Of a stretch of 64,000 bases of DNA, positions 38,964-48,783 are shown piece after piece. The stretch spans positions 1,596-65,595 of the forward strand of contig JAUPKF010000003.1 in the NCBI GenBank assembly GCA_030837625.1, written 5' to 3'. The notes beneath the pieces are model-generated. The model was given only the letters and a program-made list of their open reading frames with translations. It had not been told where the DNA came from and ran no database searches. The position numbers and the translations under genes were made by a program. The DNA comes from Patescibacteria group bacterium (GTDB lineage: Bacteria; Patescibacteriota; Minisyncoccia; Moranbacterales; UBA2206). Numbering within the stretch: position 1 is the first letter of the stretch; each line of letters opens with the position of its first letter.

Positions 38964-39707
38964 TTACACCGATTGGATGTGCTTGTCAACCAAGATGGCC
39001 GCGGCGCGGGCGTAGATATGATGTTCGCCGAAGCGTCCCAACTCTTCTCTATGTATCTTACCACCAACAGAAATTTCGGCAACTTCGCCATTAGATCCTC
39101 TTTCTATTTCCAAAATTTTCGCTTGGCATTTTTCGCTCTTGCCGTAAAACAAAATTTCTGCTTGGGAAGACTTTGCTACTTCGCCGGAACGGGAATTATC
39201 GCCATTAACCGCCACTAGTCCGCTTCTTTTGGTTCCTTTGGCCAATATTTTATATTCCCCCACCAAGTCATCCATTCCGGAAAAACTTTCGATATACCTT
39301 TGGGTAATACCAGTTATCACGGAAACCTCCGGACTTATAACAGACAGTAGATATTTCATATCGCCTTTCTTGGAAACACCCAACTCCAACACCAAAAACT
39401 TCGGGAAATCAGTTTCAAATAAAGCCGCCAGCGCGCCCTTTATGGCCGGCAACCAATTCCTATATTCATTATATCCGCTGGGAAGATTAAGGATGGCCAA
39501 CGGCAAGCCTATCTCCGTGTTGAAACTCTTCAGATTGGCCCGCGCGTTCGAACCCCTCTTCTCCAAAACTTTTCTAATTTCATCACGCGTAAAAGTCTTG
39601 TTAGCCGACCCGGCCACGGCGATAATAACCGGTTTATGGATCGCTAAAACTAATTTAGTAATATATTTTAGATAATACTGGAGTATTTTTTTGAAGAAAG
39701 GTTTCAT
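38964..39707 (-). CDS. Mur-ligase-family protein, short and degenerate (MurF central-domain-like; the P-loop is GSANKT instead of GTNGKT)
   Basis: The 247-aa ORF has ...VIIAVAGSANKTFTRDEI... and ...EIGLPLAILNL... ~LELGVS... ~VITGITQ... patterns of the Mur ligase central domain. Regions corresponding to the N- and C-terminal domains appear to be missing. Confidence 0.45.
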   Translation of the reverse strand: MKPFFKKILQYYLKYITKLVLAIHKPVIIAVAGSANKTFTRDEIRKVLEKRGSNARANLKSFNTEIGLPLAILNLPSGYNEYRNWLPAIKGALAALFETDFPKFLVLELGVSKKGDMKYLLSVISPEVSVITGITQRYIESFSGMDDLVGEYKILAKGTKRSGLVAVNGDNSRSGEVAKSSQAEILFYGKSEKCQAKILEIERGSNGEVAEISVGGKIHREELGRFGEHHIYARAAAILVDKHIQSV

Positions 39708-39711
39708 AAAT

Positions 39712-39893
39712 TTCTAATTCACCTAATTACCTAATTCACCTAATAAAATTTCAAAGACAAAATAGCAAAATAAAATGTCCAATAATAAATACAAAATTTT
39801 GAATTCGACATTGGGAATTTCATTTGGGTTTTGGTTATTTTAATTTTTAATTTTTATTAGGTGAATTAGATGAATTAGAAATTAGGTGAATTT
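39712..39893. repeat. Intergenic tract made almost entirely of simple repeats (AATTCACCTAAT units and A/T-rich units)
   Basis: Sequence is ttctaattcacctaattacctaattcacctaataaaatttc ... ttaggtgaattagatgaattagaaattaggtgaattt. The last unit supplies the C-terminal KFT codons and the stop of the aminotransferase gene. Confidence 0.65.
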
Positions 39894-41069
39894 AAATAGC
39901 TTCTCTATCCTATCCATCGCCCGATTTATATCCTTCTCGCTCCTGCCGAAACTAAACCGTACATGTCCTTCGCCGTTCGGTCCGAACGCCACGCCGGGCA
40001 CTACCGCCACTTGCGCCTTTTCCAAAAGATACAGCGCGAATCCCCAAGACAAGCTATCCGGGCAATCGTAACTGTCAAATTTCATATTGTCCTTAATTAT
40101 CTTTGGAAAAACATAATACGAGCTGGTCGGTTTGACATAGCTGAAAATATTTTTTAACTTATCCAGCCGGGCGCAAATCAAATCGCGCCTTTTCAAATAT
40201 TGCCTGTTAAAATATGCGACGTCTTTATCCGCCATTTCCAGCGCCCCCATCGCGGCATATTGGGAAATGACCGGCGCGCAAGTGACCAGCGAGTCATGGA
40301 CCTTGAGTATTTCCTTAACAACGCTTTCGTCGCTGTGAAGATATCCGATCCGCCAGCCAGTCATAGCGTATGATTTGGAGAAGCTAAATAGTCTTATCAC
40401 GCGTTTTCGAAGCTCAGGCAATTCCGCCAGACTGAATATCCGCCTGTCTTCTTCCAGCAAGAAATCTTTATATACTTCGTCGGAAATCAAATACAAATTA
40501 TGTTTTTCCGCCAGCTTCGCGAGTTCCAACAGTTGTTCCTTTGAATAAACTGTGCCGGTGGGATTATTTGGATTGCAATAAAATATCGCTTTGGTTTTCG
40601 GCGTGATGGCCGCTTCATATTTTTCCAATTCCAACGTCCAGCCCTTTTCTTCATTAAGAGAAACAAAAACCGGCACGCATCCGGCCAAAGTTATCACTTC
40701 CCGATAAGATGTGTAAGTTGGTTCGGGAATGATAATTTCGTCGCCGGGATTGGTGATCGCCAAGATTGTCGCCGTTATTCCTTCAATCGATCCGGCCGTA
40801 ACCAAGATTTCTTTCTCGAAATCATAAAACATATTCTCCTCTGCTAACTTCACTTCAATCAATTCTCGCAATTCCGGCAAACCCGGCGAAAGTGAATATT
40901 TCGCCACCACCCCGTCGCGAAGCGCCAGCTCCACCCGGCGTTTGATGCACTCCGGCGTGTCAAAACTCGGCACGCCCTGCGCCAAGGAAATAACATCCGG
41001 AAATTTCGACGCCCGGAGTTCCATCTGCTTAATGACGGAAAGTTTTAAGTTTTTAGTGCGTTCAAACAT
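39882..41069 (-). CDS. PLP-dependent aminotransferase class I/II (AspAT/LL-DAP-aminotransferase-like)
   Basis: The 395-aa ORF has a Lys-bearing motif ...SFSKSYAMTGWRIGY.... Confidence 0.85.
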   Translation of the reverse strand: MFERTKNLKLSVIKQMELRASKFPDVISLAQGVPSFDTPECIKRRVELALRDGVVAKYSLSPGLPELRELIEVKLAEENMFYDFEKEILVTAGSIEGITATILAITNPGDEIIIPEPTYTSYREVITLAGCVPVFVSLNEEKGWTLELEKYEAAITPKTKAIFYCNPNNPTGTVYSKEQLLELAKLAEKHNLYLISDEVYKDFLLEEDRRIFSLAELPELRKRVIRLFSFSKSYAMTGWRIGYLHSDESVVKEILKVHDSLVTCAPVISQYAAMGALEMADKDVAYFNRQYLKRRDLICARLDKLKNIFSYVKPTSSYYVFPKIIKDNMKFDSYDCPDSLSWGFALYLLEKAQVAVVPGVAFGPNGEGHVRFSFGRSEKDINRAMDRIEKLFKFT

Positions 41070-41099
41070 AAACTGAATTACTAAACTGTTTACTGGATA

Positions 41100-42149
41100 T
41101 CATTTTATCCTTTTTCTTGCTCCGTTTATCAATTTATCCAAAAAATCCGGAAATTCCATTCCGGCCGTTTTGGCTGCCTGGGGCGCGAGACTGGTGGCAG
41201 TCATGCCGGGAATAGTGTTGATTTCAAGAAAATATAATTTGCTGTCAGCTTCGCTCCAGATGAAATCCGCCCGCGCCAAATCGCGGCAACCGACAGCTTT
41301 GAAAATTTTTACGGCGTAGCTTTGGATTTTTTTTCGCACATCGTCCAGAATTTGCGCCGGACAAACTTCTTCCGACCCGCCAGCCTCGTATTTGGCTCGA
41401 TAATCAAACCAACCGGAAACTTTGGGAATGATTTCAATCACCGGCAAGGCTTTGGGAGATTTTGTTCCCATTATCGCCACTGTAAACTCCCGGCCTTTTA
41501 TAAACTGTTCTAACAACACTTCATCGCCATACTCCAAAGCTTTTTCAATTCCTTTCTCCAATTCTTCTTTGGAATTCGCCAAGCTCGTTCCCACAGACGA
41601 ACCAAGCTCAAGCGGCTTGACAACGATTGGCAAATTAATTTTGGCGATGATCTTTTCAGTCTTGTATTTTTTATTTTTGGAAACCACAACGTCTTTGGCG
41701 ATTTTCAGTCCTGCCGCTTTGGCGACAATTTTGGTTTTTCTTTTATTCATAGCCAATGCGCTGGCCAGCACTCCGGAAAAAACATACGGGATTCCCAGCA
41801 TCTCCAGCATTCCCTGCAGTTTTCCGTCTTCCACATACGACCCGTGCACAATCGGCAAAGCCAAGTCTATTGCCGGCAATTTTTCTGAAAAAATGTCCCG
41901 CCTGTTTTCTTCAAACCCATCTCTTTCCACAGCCACTCCGCCTTCCTGACCCGCTTTAGCTAAATTGTTTTCCAAATATTTTTTACCTTCCTCCCCGACA
42001 AGCCACTGGCCGGTCTTCGTAATCGCGATCGGAATAATTTCATACTTATCTTTGTTGAGCGCGTTCATCACCTGATTCGCCGACCGCAATGACACTTCGT
42101 GTTCCCCCGACTGTCCGCCAAAAATAACCGCCAGTTTCAATTTTGCCAT
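41100..42149 (-). CDS. ddl: D-alanine--D-alanine ligase
   Basis: The 349-aa ORF has an ATP-grasp fold. The N-terminus reads ...LAVIFGGQSGEHEVSL... and the C-terminus ...LEINTIPGMT.... Confidence 0.9.
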   Translation of the reverse strand: MAKLKLAVIFGGQSGEHEVSLRSANQVMNALNKDKYEIIPIAITKTGQWLVGEEGKKYLENNLAKAGQEGGVAVERDGFEENRRDIFSEKLPAIDLALPIVHGSYVEDGKLQGMLEMLGIPYVFSGVLASALAMNKRKTKIVAKAAGLKIAKDVVVSKNKKYKTEKIIAKINLPIVVKPLELGSSVGTSLANSKEELEKGIEKALEYGDEVLLEQFIKGREFTVAIMGTKSPKALPVIEIIPKVSGWFDYRAKYEAGGSEEVCPAQILDDVRKKIQSYAVKIFKAVGCRDLARADFIWSEADSKLYFLEINTIPGMTATSLAPQAAKTAGMEFPDFLDKLINGARKRIK

Positions 42150-42279
42150 ATATTTTGTTTAAATAATTTAAGCAGCACTCAATTATCCACAAATAACGCT
42201 AAAGTAGGAATAACGACCGAGGCAACTCAATAAACTGCGTAAGGCGAAATCCTCTGGAGATCTAAACTTGGGATTCAAA

Positions 42280-44655
42280 TCAACGAACGACTAATCCTAC
42301 AGGAAGGGCGGGAGGATTAATGTCGCCTCCCAAAACCACGATACTCGATTCATTGCCATAACGGTCAACAGAAGTAATGCCGTAATAACCATCGCCATTG
42401 GGATCAGCCAGCCAATCCAGATAAGTGGCAGTTCCCGCTGGCGGAGAAGCGATCCGCTGGGTTTGAGTGGCGGTCGGGTTGCCGGAAGTGGAATAGTAGA
42501 TATTGTAATGGCGAACTTTGCTGTCATTAGGCTCATTCCAGCTAAGACGATAATGCCCGGCTGTGGGTTGCGAAACGTAGTTGAAACTATTTGGCAAATT
42601 TGGATCATTGGTCCAGAAGTTTTTTTGTCCTTTCCCCGCTACAACCTGGCTATCCACACTTGCTCCATTGATTGTTACCTGAAGAATTTCCGACAGTTCG
42701 TCCGATTCCAATCCCGAATGTTCTTCGGAAGTAAGGGCGTAGTAAAAAGTGCCGTTGCCGGGGTTGTCAGTAAAAGATATTTTGTTATTTGCATTTACTT
42801 TCAGTCCGTTGGCTATCGGGTGGAGCATCAGCATATCCGGATCTTCGGCGTAAGTGTGGGAGTATTGGGCATCAGTCATCCCGATTTCCTGCCAGCCGGA
42901 ACTCTGACTGGTCGATCTCCAGATATGATATTTTTTTATTTCTCTGGCGTAGAGCGTTTCGCCCAGTTCATTGCCGCTCTCATCGAGTAGCGGCCAGCCT
43001 AAGGCGTCTTTAGCCGGATTGTCATTAGCATACGGCCAATCCCGCTCGGTATATTTCGGCGGCAGCCAGGAAATTTCGACACCGCTGTCATATTGAGCGG
43101 AAAGATCGGTCGGCGGATAAGGATAAGTTACTACGCTCCAAAATATGTCGGTTTTGTTGGCGGAAGGATTCAAAAATTCGCTATGCCAGGCGACCTTCGT
43201 TCCATCCGGGGATTGCCCCGGCCGAGTCAAACTGTTATATGATGTCCCTCCATTATAGCGAGTGTGCGTATAACAAACACTAATCCGTGAAGAAGCATCC
43301 TTATATTTAGCAGCATAAATTCTGTCGTCCAAATAGCTTCCGGTCAGATCTAAACCCCAAGGGGAGGAAGAAGTTACCCAATCGGTAAATCCATGCCAAT
43401 CATGATGCTGTGATCCTCCTCCAAAAGAAGGGACTGAATACTGATGATTCTGAATATCCCAAACTCCCGCTCCAACTCTATCGCGGTAGCTATATGACCC
43501 AGAACCTGGCAAATTACTGGCTCCATTGGAAAATAGCGCAAATCTTCCCCAACGATCTGGAACAAAATGCGACCAATAACTCGTCCTGAGTGGTGTATAA
43601 GGATCATCTTGAACAAAAGGACTGACTGCGTTTCCAGAAACCGTTATGTCCCCATGATTTTCCGGCCAAGCCTCGCCGAAATTATACGGCGGCTGATCTG
43701 AGGGATCTTCCGAATCCCCTGAATATAACGGACCTCCATCCGGGGCACTGCCTAAAGTTTTTAAGCGCCACCAAGTAGCTGTTCCAGTCGGCATGGCAAA
43801 GTACCAACTGCCGTCACCAGAATAATAGGCATCATGATAACGAAGAAGCGGATTAATTGTATTGCCATAATTACCCAAATATCTTTCCTCTGGATAGCCA
43901 TCCGCCAAGTTTAATTCTGCCCGATTTTCCGGATAAATTTTTGCTGGATACATTTTAGGAGGCGTCGTTTCTCCCGTCCATTGCAACCCGATAATTTTCC
44001 GGCCGTCAGAAGATATAAACTTGTTTAAATTTATTCCCGAAACCGGGAAAGAAAAAAGATCTGAACAATTTATGCTGTTATCCAAAACCTGGCATTTATA
44101 AAGTTTTTTGTCATCCGGCCTTTCCGCCCAGGGAAAAAGATGTGTCTCCCCAACTTCATAATAGACATCTGAAATCTGAGGAGACCAGCGCGGGAAATTC
44201 GGACCCAAACGACGAACCGAGCCTATCGCCGGCCTTAAATTTTTTCCATCCGTATCATTCATCATCCAAATGTACCAACTTTCTTCTCCCTGATAGGCCG
44301 ATGTTGGTCGAGCGTAGGAAGTAAATCCTAATCGCTTTCCATCAGCACTCCATGGTCCTTCACCGATATCACTATAGAAAGTATTACTATAATCTTTGCT
44401 ATCGCTCATTTTCCAGACTTCGTGTCCAGTTTGAATATCATGATACATCAACGTCTCGGGTTGCCAAATATAATGGTTGCCGATGTCTTCCAATTCGCTG
44501 GCGGGAAAACTGTTAGTCAGCCTTCTTGATTTCCGGTTAAACATCTCATCCAGATTTTCTTCCGCACCATAACACTGTCCCACAAAGAAATATGATAACA
44601 CAAAACATGCAAAAAAAAATTTTATTTTATTAAATTTTAACAAATAGTTGACCAC
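42280..44655 (-). CDS. Large secreted protein: signal peptide, TolB-like beta-propeller repeats and C-terminal FN3-like domain(s)
   Basis: The 791-aa ORF has an N-terminal signal peptide and repeated DG(K/R)xxxG blades (…DGKRLGF…, …DGRKIIG…, …DGTKVAW…). The C-terminus (…YRLSWNEPNDSKVRHYNIYYS…) is FN3-like and W/Y/G/P-rich. The coding sequence has higher GC than its neighbours. Confidence 0.45.
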   Translation of the reverse strand: MVNYLLKFNKIKFFFACFVLSYFFVGQCYGAEENLDEMFNRKSRRLTNSFPASELEDIGNHYIWQPETLMYHDIQTGHEVWKMSDSKDYSNTFYSDIGEGPWSADGKRLGFTSYARPTSAYQGEESWYIWMMNDTDGKNLRPAIGSVRRLGPNFPRWSPQISDVYYEVGETHLFPWAERPDDKKLYKCQVLDNSINCSDLFSFPVSGINLNKFISSDGRKIIGLQWTGETTPPKMYPAKIYPENRAELNLADGYPEERYLGNYGNTINPLLRYHDAYYSGDGSWYFAMPTGTATWWRLKTLGSAPDGGPLYSGDSEDPSDQPPYNFGEAWPENHGDITVSGNAVSPFVQDDPYTPLRTSYWSHFVPDRWGRFALFSNGASNLPGSGSYSYRDRVGAGVWDIQNHQYSVPSFGGGSQHHDWHGFTDWVTSSSPWGLDLTGSYLDDRIYAAKYKDASSRISVCYTHTRYNGGTSYNSLTRPGQSPDGTKVAWHSEFLNPSANKTDIFWSVVTYPYPPTDLSAQYDSGVEISWLPPKYTERDWPYANDNPAKDALGWPLLDESGNELGETLYAREIKKYHIWRSTSQSSGWQEIGMTDAQYSHTYAEDPDMLMLHPIANGLKVNANNKISFTDNPGNGTFYYALTSEEHSGLESDELSEILQVTINGASVDSQVVAGKGQKNFWTNDPNLPNSFNYVSQPTAGHYRLSWNEPNDSKVRHYNIYYSTSGNPTATQTQRIASPPAGTATYLDWLADPNGDGYYGITSVDRYGNESSIVVLGGDINPPALPVGLVVR

Positions 44656-44892
44656 CGAATTGATAATTAGATAATTAGGCAGAAATTTAACTAAAATATA
44701 AAATAATAAAACTCTTCCATAAATTCACATTTCCGTGATTGTGGCGATATTTCCTTATAGCACTAGCTGGCTATCACAGATTAGCAGTAAAATGATGCGA
44801 AAGATTGATAAAGCTTTTGCCCTAAATTTTAAACACCTACCTATGACTATTGAATGAATGTAAACTCTTTATACCCCAATTTTACCCCTTCC

Positions 44893-44937
44893 CTCAAAAA
44901 AAATCCACCCTGTTTTCGCAAGGCGGATTTTCGCGCT
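44893..44937 (-). terminator. Intrinsic terminator after the 44961..45839 gene
   Basis: On the minus strand the sequence reads aauccgccuugcgaaaacaggguggauuuuuuuu. Confidence 0.5.
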
Positions 44938-44960
44938 TTTCTGCAATTTTCCGTGTTTGT

Positions 44961-45839
44961 TTAATTCGTGCTTGGCGCCGCGGGAGGAGTATCGTCTTCA
45001 CCAAAAGCGTTTTTCAGCTCAACTCGAGCTTTTTCAGCTTCTGTCTTAAAATCATTCATCGCTTTCTCAAAAGACTGCTTTCGTATTTGAATCAAAGACT
45101 GGACTTCTACCTGTATTTTTTCCATCGCCTGCCTTTCGCTAACAAACCCGTCCCGCGCCGCTTTGAGACTAGCATGCAAAGATGCTCGAATGGCTTTAGC
45201 ATCGGATCCGGCACTACAGCTGTTTTGAGCACTGGAAAAAGCGGAGGACTTAGCGGATTGAAAAGATTCTACCGCGCCGTCCACATCTGATTTTCTTTTC
45301 TCAATAGCCGCTTTCACTCCCTCCCGGAAATCAGAAATGACCTGATCCATCGCGTCTCGGCGAGTTTCAACGGCATTCCGCATCGCTTTTTCGAAATCGG
45401 CTGCCGCTTTTTTCTGTTCTTCCGTCTGGGCGCGTTCTTCCAATTTTTCGAAATGCTCTTCCAAGTTGGAATCCCTTTGGGAACGCCGTTTGGCCAGCTT
45501 CGCGTCCCGCTCACTCTGCTTTTCTTCCCAATTTCCCGCCCGCAGTTCCATTCTTTCCTGAAACCGGTTTTTGCATTCATCGACTTTTTGGCCAAATTTT
45601 TCCGCCAACCCCGAAAGTTTCTCGCAAAATTTCTCCGCCATAGCTTCCTTTCTCGCTTCTGCGTTATCCTGTTGTTTATCTTTTCTATCTTCCGACAGCG
45701 CCTTTCTTTTAGCGCCGGTATTTACGGGAATACTATCATCCACCGCGTCCTGGGCAAGAGCGATGCCAAAAATCGCCAAGCTAAAAATTGCCATCCCAAG
45801 CACGGATAAGATAGTTTTTCTAAAATTCTTCGGCATCAT
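44961..45839 (-). CDS. Secreted alpha-helical/coiled-coil protein (K/E/A-rich)
   Basis: A signal peptide begins at MMPKNFRKTILSVLGMAIFSLAIFGIALAQDA. The track ORF extends to 45935. No recognisable domain. Confidence 0.4.
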   Translation of the reverse strand: MMPKNFRKTILSVLGMAIFSLAIFGIALAQDAVDDSIPVNTGAKRKALSEDRKDKQQDNAEARKEAMAEKFCEKLSGLAEKFGQKVDECKNRFQERMELRAGNWEEKQSERDAKLAKRRSQRDSNLEEHFEKLEERAQTEEQKKAAADFEKAMRNAVETRRDAMDQVISDFREGVKAAIEKRKSDVDGAVESFQSAKSSAFSSAQNSCSAGSDAKAIRASLHASLKAARDGFVSERQAMEKIQVEVQSLIQIRKQSFEKAMNDFKTEAEKARVELKNAFGEDDTPPAAPSTN

Positions 45840-46152
45840 ATATTTGGCCAAAATCGTCCAATTCCTCGCTATCGTCAATAGCTGCCTCAGCGTCGTCAGC
45901 TTCTTGCTCCACCAATTCTTCTTCGGAAGCCGCATCAGTCATGACAGCTTCGACCATGTCTTTTGTTTTTCCAGTCGGCTCGGGGAGATTTAACGCATCT
46001 GAACTTTCATCCCTAGGCTGACTTTTAATCAATGTACCGCTGTCGCCCGGCGCTACTGCCATCTGGGAACCACCTAAAAAAGAATAAACCAGGGCGAAAA
46101 TACCCGCCAGAACAATGATAAACACCGCCGTTATTTTTATATTCTTCAGCAT
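45820..46152 (-). CDS. Small membrane-anchored acidic protein
   Basis: The 110-aa ORF has an N-terminal TM helix and a D/E-rich tail. It overlaps the downstream gene start by ~20 nt. Confidence 0.35.
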   Translation of the reverse strand: MLKNIKITAVFIIVLAGIFALVYSFLGGSQMAVAPGDSGTLIKSQPRDESSDALNLPEPTGKTKDMVEAVMTDAASEEELVEQEADDAEAAIDDSEELDDFGQIYDAEEF

Positions 46153-46306
46153 AGAATTGTGATTTTGATTTTATTATTTATTAATGCCCGAGAGCTCGAC
46201 CCAACCCCCAGAAAGTTTGTAAAGTTGCAAGTTTATCAAGTTATAAAGCAAACTAGCTTTACAACTTTGCAACTTTACAACTTTATAAACTTTATAACTT
46301 TATAAA
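46153..46306. repeat. Hairpin built from AACTTT/AAAGTT tandem units
   Basis: Sequence is gaaagtttgtaaagttgcaagtttatcaagttataaag-caaactagc-tttacaactttgcaactttacaactttataaactttataactttataaac. Confidence 0.55.
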
Positions 46307-46846
46307 CTATTCTATACAACAATCTATCGCCTTTTTCACTAACTCCCCTAATTTTCCCATGAATCCCTTCTTTTCATTGTCGTGTTTATTCACTGCTCCG
46401 ATGTCGATTTTTTTCACGTCATTCGTCCCGATAACTTTCATATTGATTCCCCAAAACAAAGAATACAAATCGTAGGCTTTTTGGAAAAGCTCGCGCGCTT
46501 CTTCTTTTTTGCCCATCCCTTGCTGTTTAGTTCCGACTTCCATAAGCCGCATAGACGCCGCCAGTAGGTGTTTGGAAATGCACCAAACTTCGCCTTCATA
46601 TTCCTTGATTATCTTGCGAAGCAGATCTCCCCGCATCTTGCGGACTTCCTGCAAAAGATCGTAATATTCCGGCTTGCCGGTCTTGGCGCCAGTAAAAAAG
46701 AAATGCTCTTCAATACTAACAAGATTCATAATGGCAATGGACAAGTCCTGGTCGGACGACAAATCCATTTTATCCTGCTTTTTCATTTCATCGACTTTCT
46801 CGATAAGCTGGTTTAGGTTTTGGATTGGGTTATTATTTGTTTCCAT
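46307..46846 (-). CDS. Hypothetical cytoplasmic protein (179 aa)
   Basis: The ORF is long and clean with native-like K/E-rich composition. No recognisable motifs. Confidence 0.4.
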   Translation of the reverse strand: METNNNPIQNLNQLIEKVDEMKKQDKMDLSSDQDLSIAIMNLVSIEEHFFFTGAKTGKPEYYDLLQEVRKMRGDLLRKIIKEYEGEVWCISKHLLAASMRLMEVGTKQQGMGKKEEARELFQKAYDLYSLFWGINMKVIGTNDVKKIDIGAVNKHDNEKKGFMGKLGELVKKAIDCCIE

Positions 46847-46854
46847 AAATATAT

Positions 46855-46941
46855 TCCTTACGAATTACGAATTGGTACGAATGTAACGAAGTACGAATCC
46901 TTTTTTCGTACATTCGTAAATGTTCGTAATTCGTAAGGATT
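46855..46941. repeat. Hairpin of TACGAA/TTCGTA units
   Basis: Sequence is ccttacgaattacgaattggtacgaatgtaacgaagtacgaatcc-ttttttcg-tacattcgtaaatgttcgtaattcgtaagg. Confidence 0.55.
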
Positions 46942-47490
46942 TCAGCATGTTAACCAGTAGAATACACTGCTCAGTATTCCAAGGACTATCACCGGCACGA
47001 CAACTTTTTGGAATGGGAAATACACTTTGCCTCCGTTTTTCTTTTTCAAAAAATCATTAAGATAAACAGCCGTCAAAAAAAGCGCGCTGCCAAAAATAAT
47101 TCCCAGCAGCAGCTTGTCAACTCCCCAGATCTTATTGAAAGGATGTCCAATAAGCCCTTGCCAATAAAGCGGAATAATGATCACCGCGTAATATGCCGCC
47201 GTCAGCGATATCTTCCGTCCTTTAAATTTGATATTATTACTTTCCAGCCACGCCACAGTCCAAGCTATCATTGACACAATCAAACCGCCGATCCAAATTC
47301 CGCTAATCGTATCGTCGATGCCGAAATATTGCGCCAGCCCCACGCACGCTCCCACCGCCACCGTGCAAACCGGACAAACCGCTTGGGCGGGAAAAGAAGA
47401 AAGAAGAAAGAAGAGAGAAGAAAGAAGAAAGAATCCGTATTTTGTTATCTTTGAAAATTTGAGCATCTTAATTTGAATCTTTAGTATCAC
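46942..47490 (-). CDS. Polytopic membrane protein with a CxxC pair (CPVCTVAVGAC)
   Basis: The 182-aa ORF has five or so TM helices. The (CTT)n-rich tract at ~47395-47440 codes the N-terminal hydrophobic stretch. Confidence 0.4.
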   Translation of the reverse strand: MILKIQIKMLKFSKITKYGFFLLSSLFFLLSSFPAQAVCPVCTVAVGACVGLAQYFGIDDTISGIWIGGLIVSMIAWTVAWLESNNIKFKGRKISLTAAYYAVIIIPLYWQGLIGHPFNKIWGVDKLLLGIIFGSALFLTAVYLNDFLKKKNGGKVYFPFQKVVVPVIVLGILSSVFYWLTC

Positions 47491-47505
47491 ACTGCCGCAA
47501 CTAAA

Positions 47506-47913
47506 TTATTTTTTGAGTTGCCCATCGAAATATGAAACAATGTCTTTGTCTCCAATATAACACCCATCTTCCGTCCAAAGAAGCGGGACGCCCAGTTTTT
47601 TTTCGTCCAGCCCGCAAGCCCGGGCTTTTTCCAGCATGAAATTGGCGTTAGGTTTGTTGTGATACACTTCTTTTTGGGAAAATTCAATCTTTTCCGAAAC
47701 GTTGTTTTTCCTGAAATATTCTTCCACTATTTTGCAATGGGGGCATTCCTGCCCATAGAAGAAAATTATCTTCGAATCGTCCTGGACGGTTTCAACTGAC
47801 TCGCCCTCCACTTGACTACTCTGGATACTGTTGCTCCAAAAACTATACCCGGCCGCAACCGCGGCCACCGCTAGAACAACAAAAAATAACGCGTATTTTT
47901 TCCTATTGGACAT
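47506..47913 (-). CDS. Membrane-anchored thioredoxin/glutaredoxin-fold protein (CPHC active site)
   Basis: An N-terminal TM helix is followed by ...FFYGQECPHCKIVEEYF.... The redox motif is DsbA/glutaredoxin-like. Confidence 0.6.
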   Translation of the reverse strand: MSNRKKYALFFVVLAVAAVAAGYSFWSNSIQSSQVEGESVETVQDDSKIIFFYGQECPHCKIVEEYFRKNNVSEKIEFSQKEVYHNKPNANFMLEKARACGLDEKKLGVPLLWTEDGCYIGDKDIVSYFDGQLKK

Positions 47914-48024
47914 TTTTTTGATCTATCGCTTAATTATAAAGATGGCACTATCAATAATAACACAAATCTCCAAACAAAAAAACAACCCCGCTCTCGCAGG
48001 GCTGTTTTAAGATGATTCACGTAC

Positions 48025-48357
48025 TTAGAATCGGTCTCTTCGTCCGCCAAATCCGCCTCGGTCATTTCCGCGTCCGCCTCCGAACCCACCGGTTCTCTTA
48101 GGACGGTCTTCCATCGGTCGGGCTTCGTTTACGGTCAGAGATCTTCCTTCATACTCTTTTCCGTTAAACATTTCGATAGCCTTTTGAGCGTCGTCGTCGT
48201 TAGCCATCTCGACAAATCCAAATCCTTTGGATCGTCCTGACATTTTGTCATTGATGATAACAGCAGACTGAACAGCTCCGGCTTGTGAAAAATACTCATT
48301 AAGAGCATCTTCCGTCACATTGTAGGACAAGTTGCCTACGTACAGCTTTTGTGCCAT
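48025..48357 (-). CDS. RRM-type RNA-binding protein with a C-terminal RGG/Gly-rich tail
   Basis: RNP-2 is LYVGNLSY and RNP-1 is KGFGFVEM. The tail is GGFGGGRGNDRGGFGGRR. The 5' UTR is long. Confidence 0.85.
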   Translation of the reverse strand: MAQKLYVGNLSYNVTEDALNEYFSQAGAVQSAVIINDKMSGRSKGFGFVEMANDDDAQKAIEMFNGKEYEGRSLTVNEARPMEDRPKRTGGFGGGRGNDRGGFGGRRDRF

Positions 48358-48673
48358 TTTTTTGCCTTATATGCTTTAATTACCCTTGCAAGGCGACCTC
48401 TCTCATATCGCTTGGTCCTTACACTCAACTTGAAAGTGATATAAGGCGAAACTAACGAGAAGACTTACAATTGCTGTAAGTATACACTTTTTCGCCTAAA
48501 AGTCAAGTTTTCGCGTAAACCACCCCCTCTTGCCAAAACCGAAGTATTTGCTATAATCAATTTGTTTTGTATACTGTAAATAGTCCTTGCGGGCTATTTA
48601 AAAATCTCAAAATATATTAGATGGCTGCTGTTTCAACAATTTAGCCATTTGGCAATTTTACAATTTAATTTAT

Positions 48674-48767
48674 TCCGCGGTAGCTTCAGCCGTAGGCTGA
48701 TCAGCCTTTGGCTGACAATGGTAGAGCAGTTTCCGCCGTAGGCGGACCAGCCTATGGCTGGGACTGT
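48674..48767 (+). pseudogene. Decayed partial copy of tRNA-Asn (5' part through the anticodon), interrupted by two 30-nt dual-hairpin insertions
   Basis: The decayed copy reads TCCGCGGTAGCT[TCAGCCGTAGGCTGATCAGCCTTTGGCTGA]CAATGGTAGAGCAGTT[TCCGCCGTAGGCGGACCAGCCTATGGCTGG]GACTGT. The intact gene at 49034 reads TCCGCGGTAGCTCAATGGTAGAGCAGTTGACTGTTAATC.... The 5' flank tattCCGCGG is identical in both. Confidence 0.7.
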
Positions 48768-48783
48768 ACATTAAAATAAAAGG

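Noticed and set aside
47395-47440. (CTT)n/(AGAAAG)n tract as a regulatory microsatellite
   Set aside because: It lies inside the coding region of the membrane protein 46942..47490 and encodes the hydrophobic N-terminus LLSSLFFLLSSF, so it is coding low-complexity sequence.
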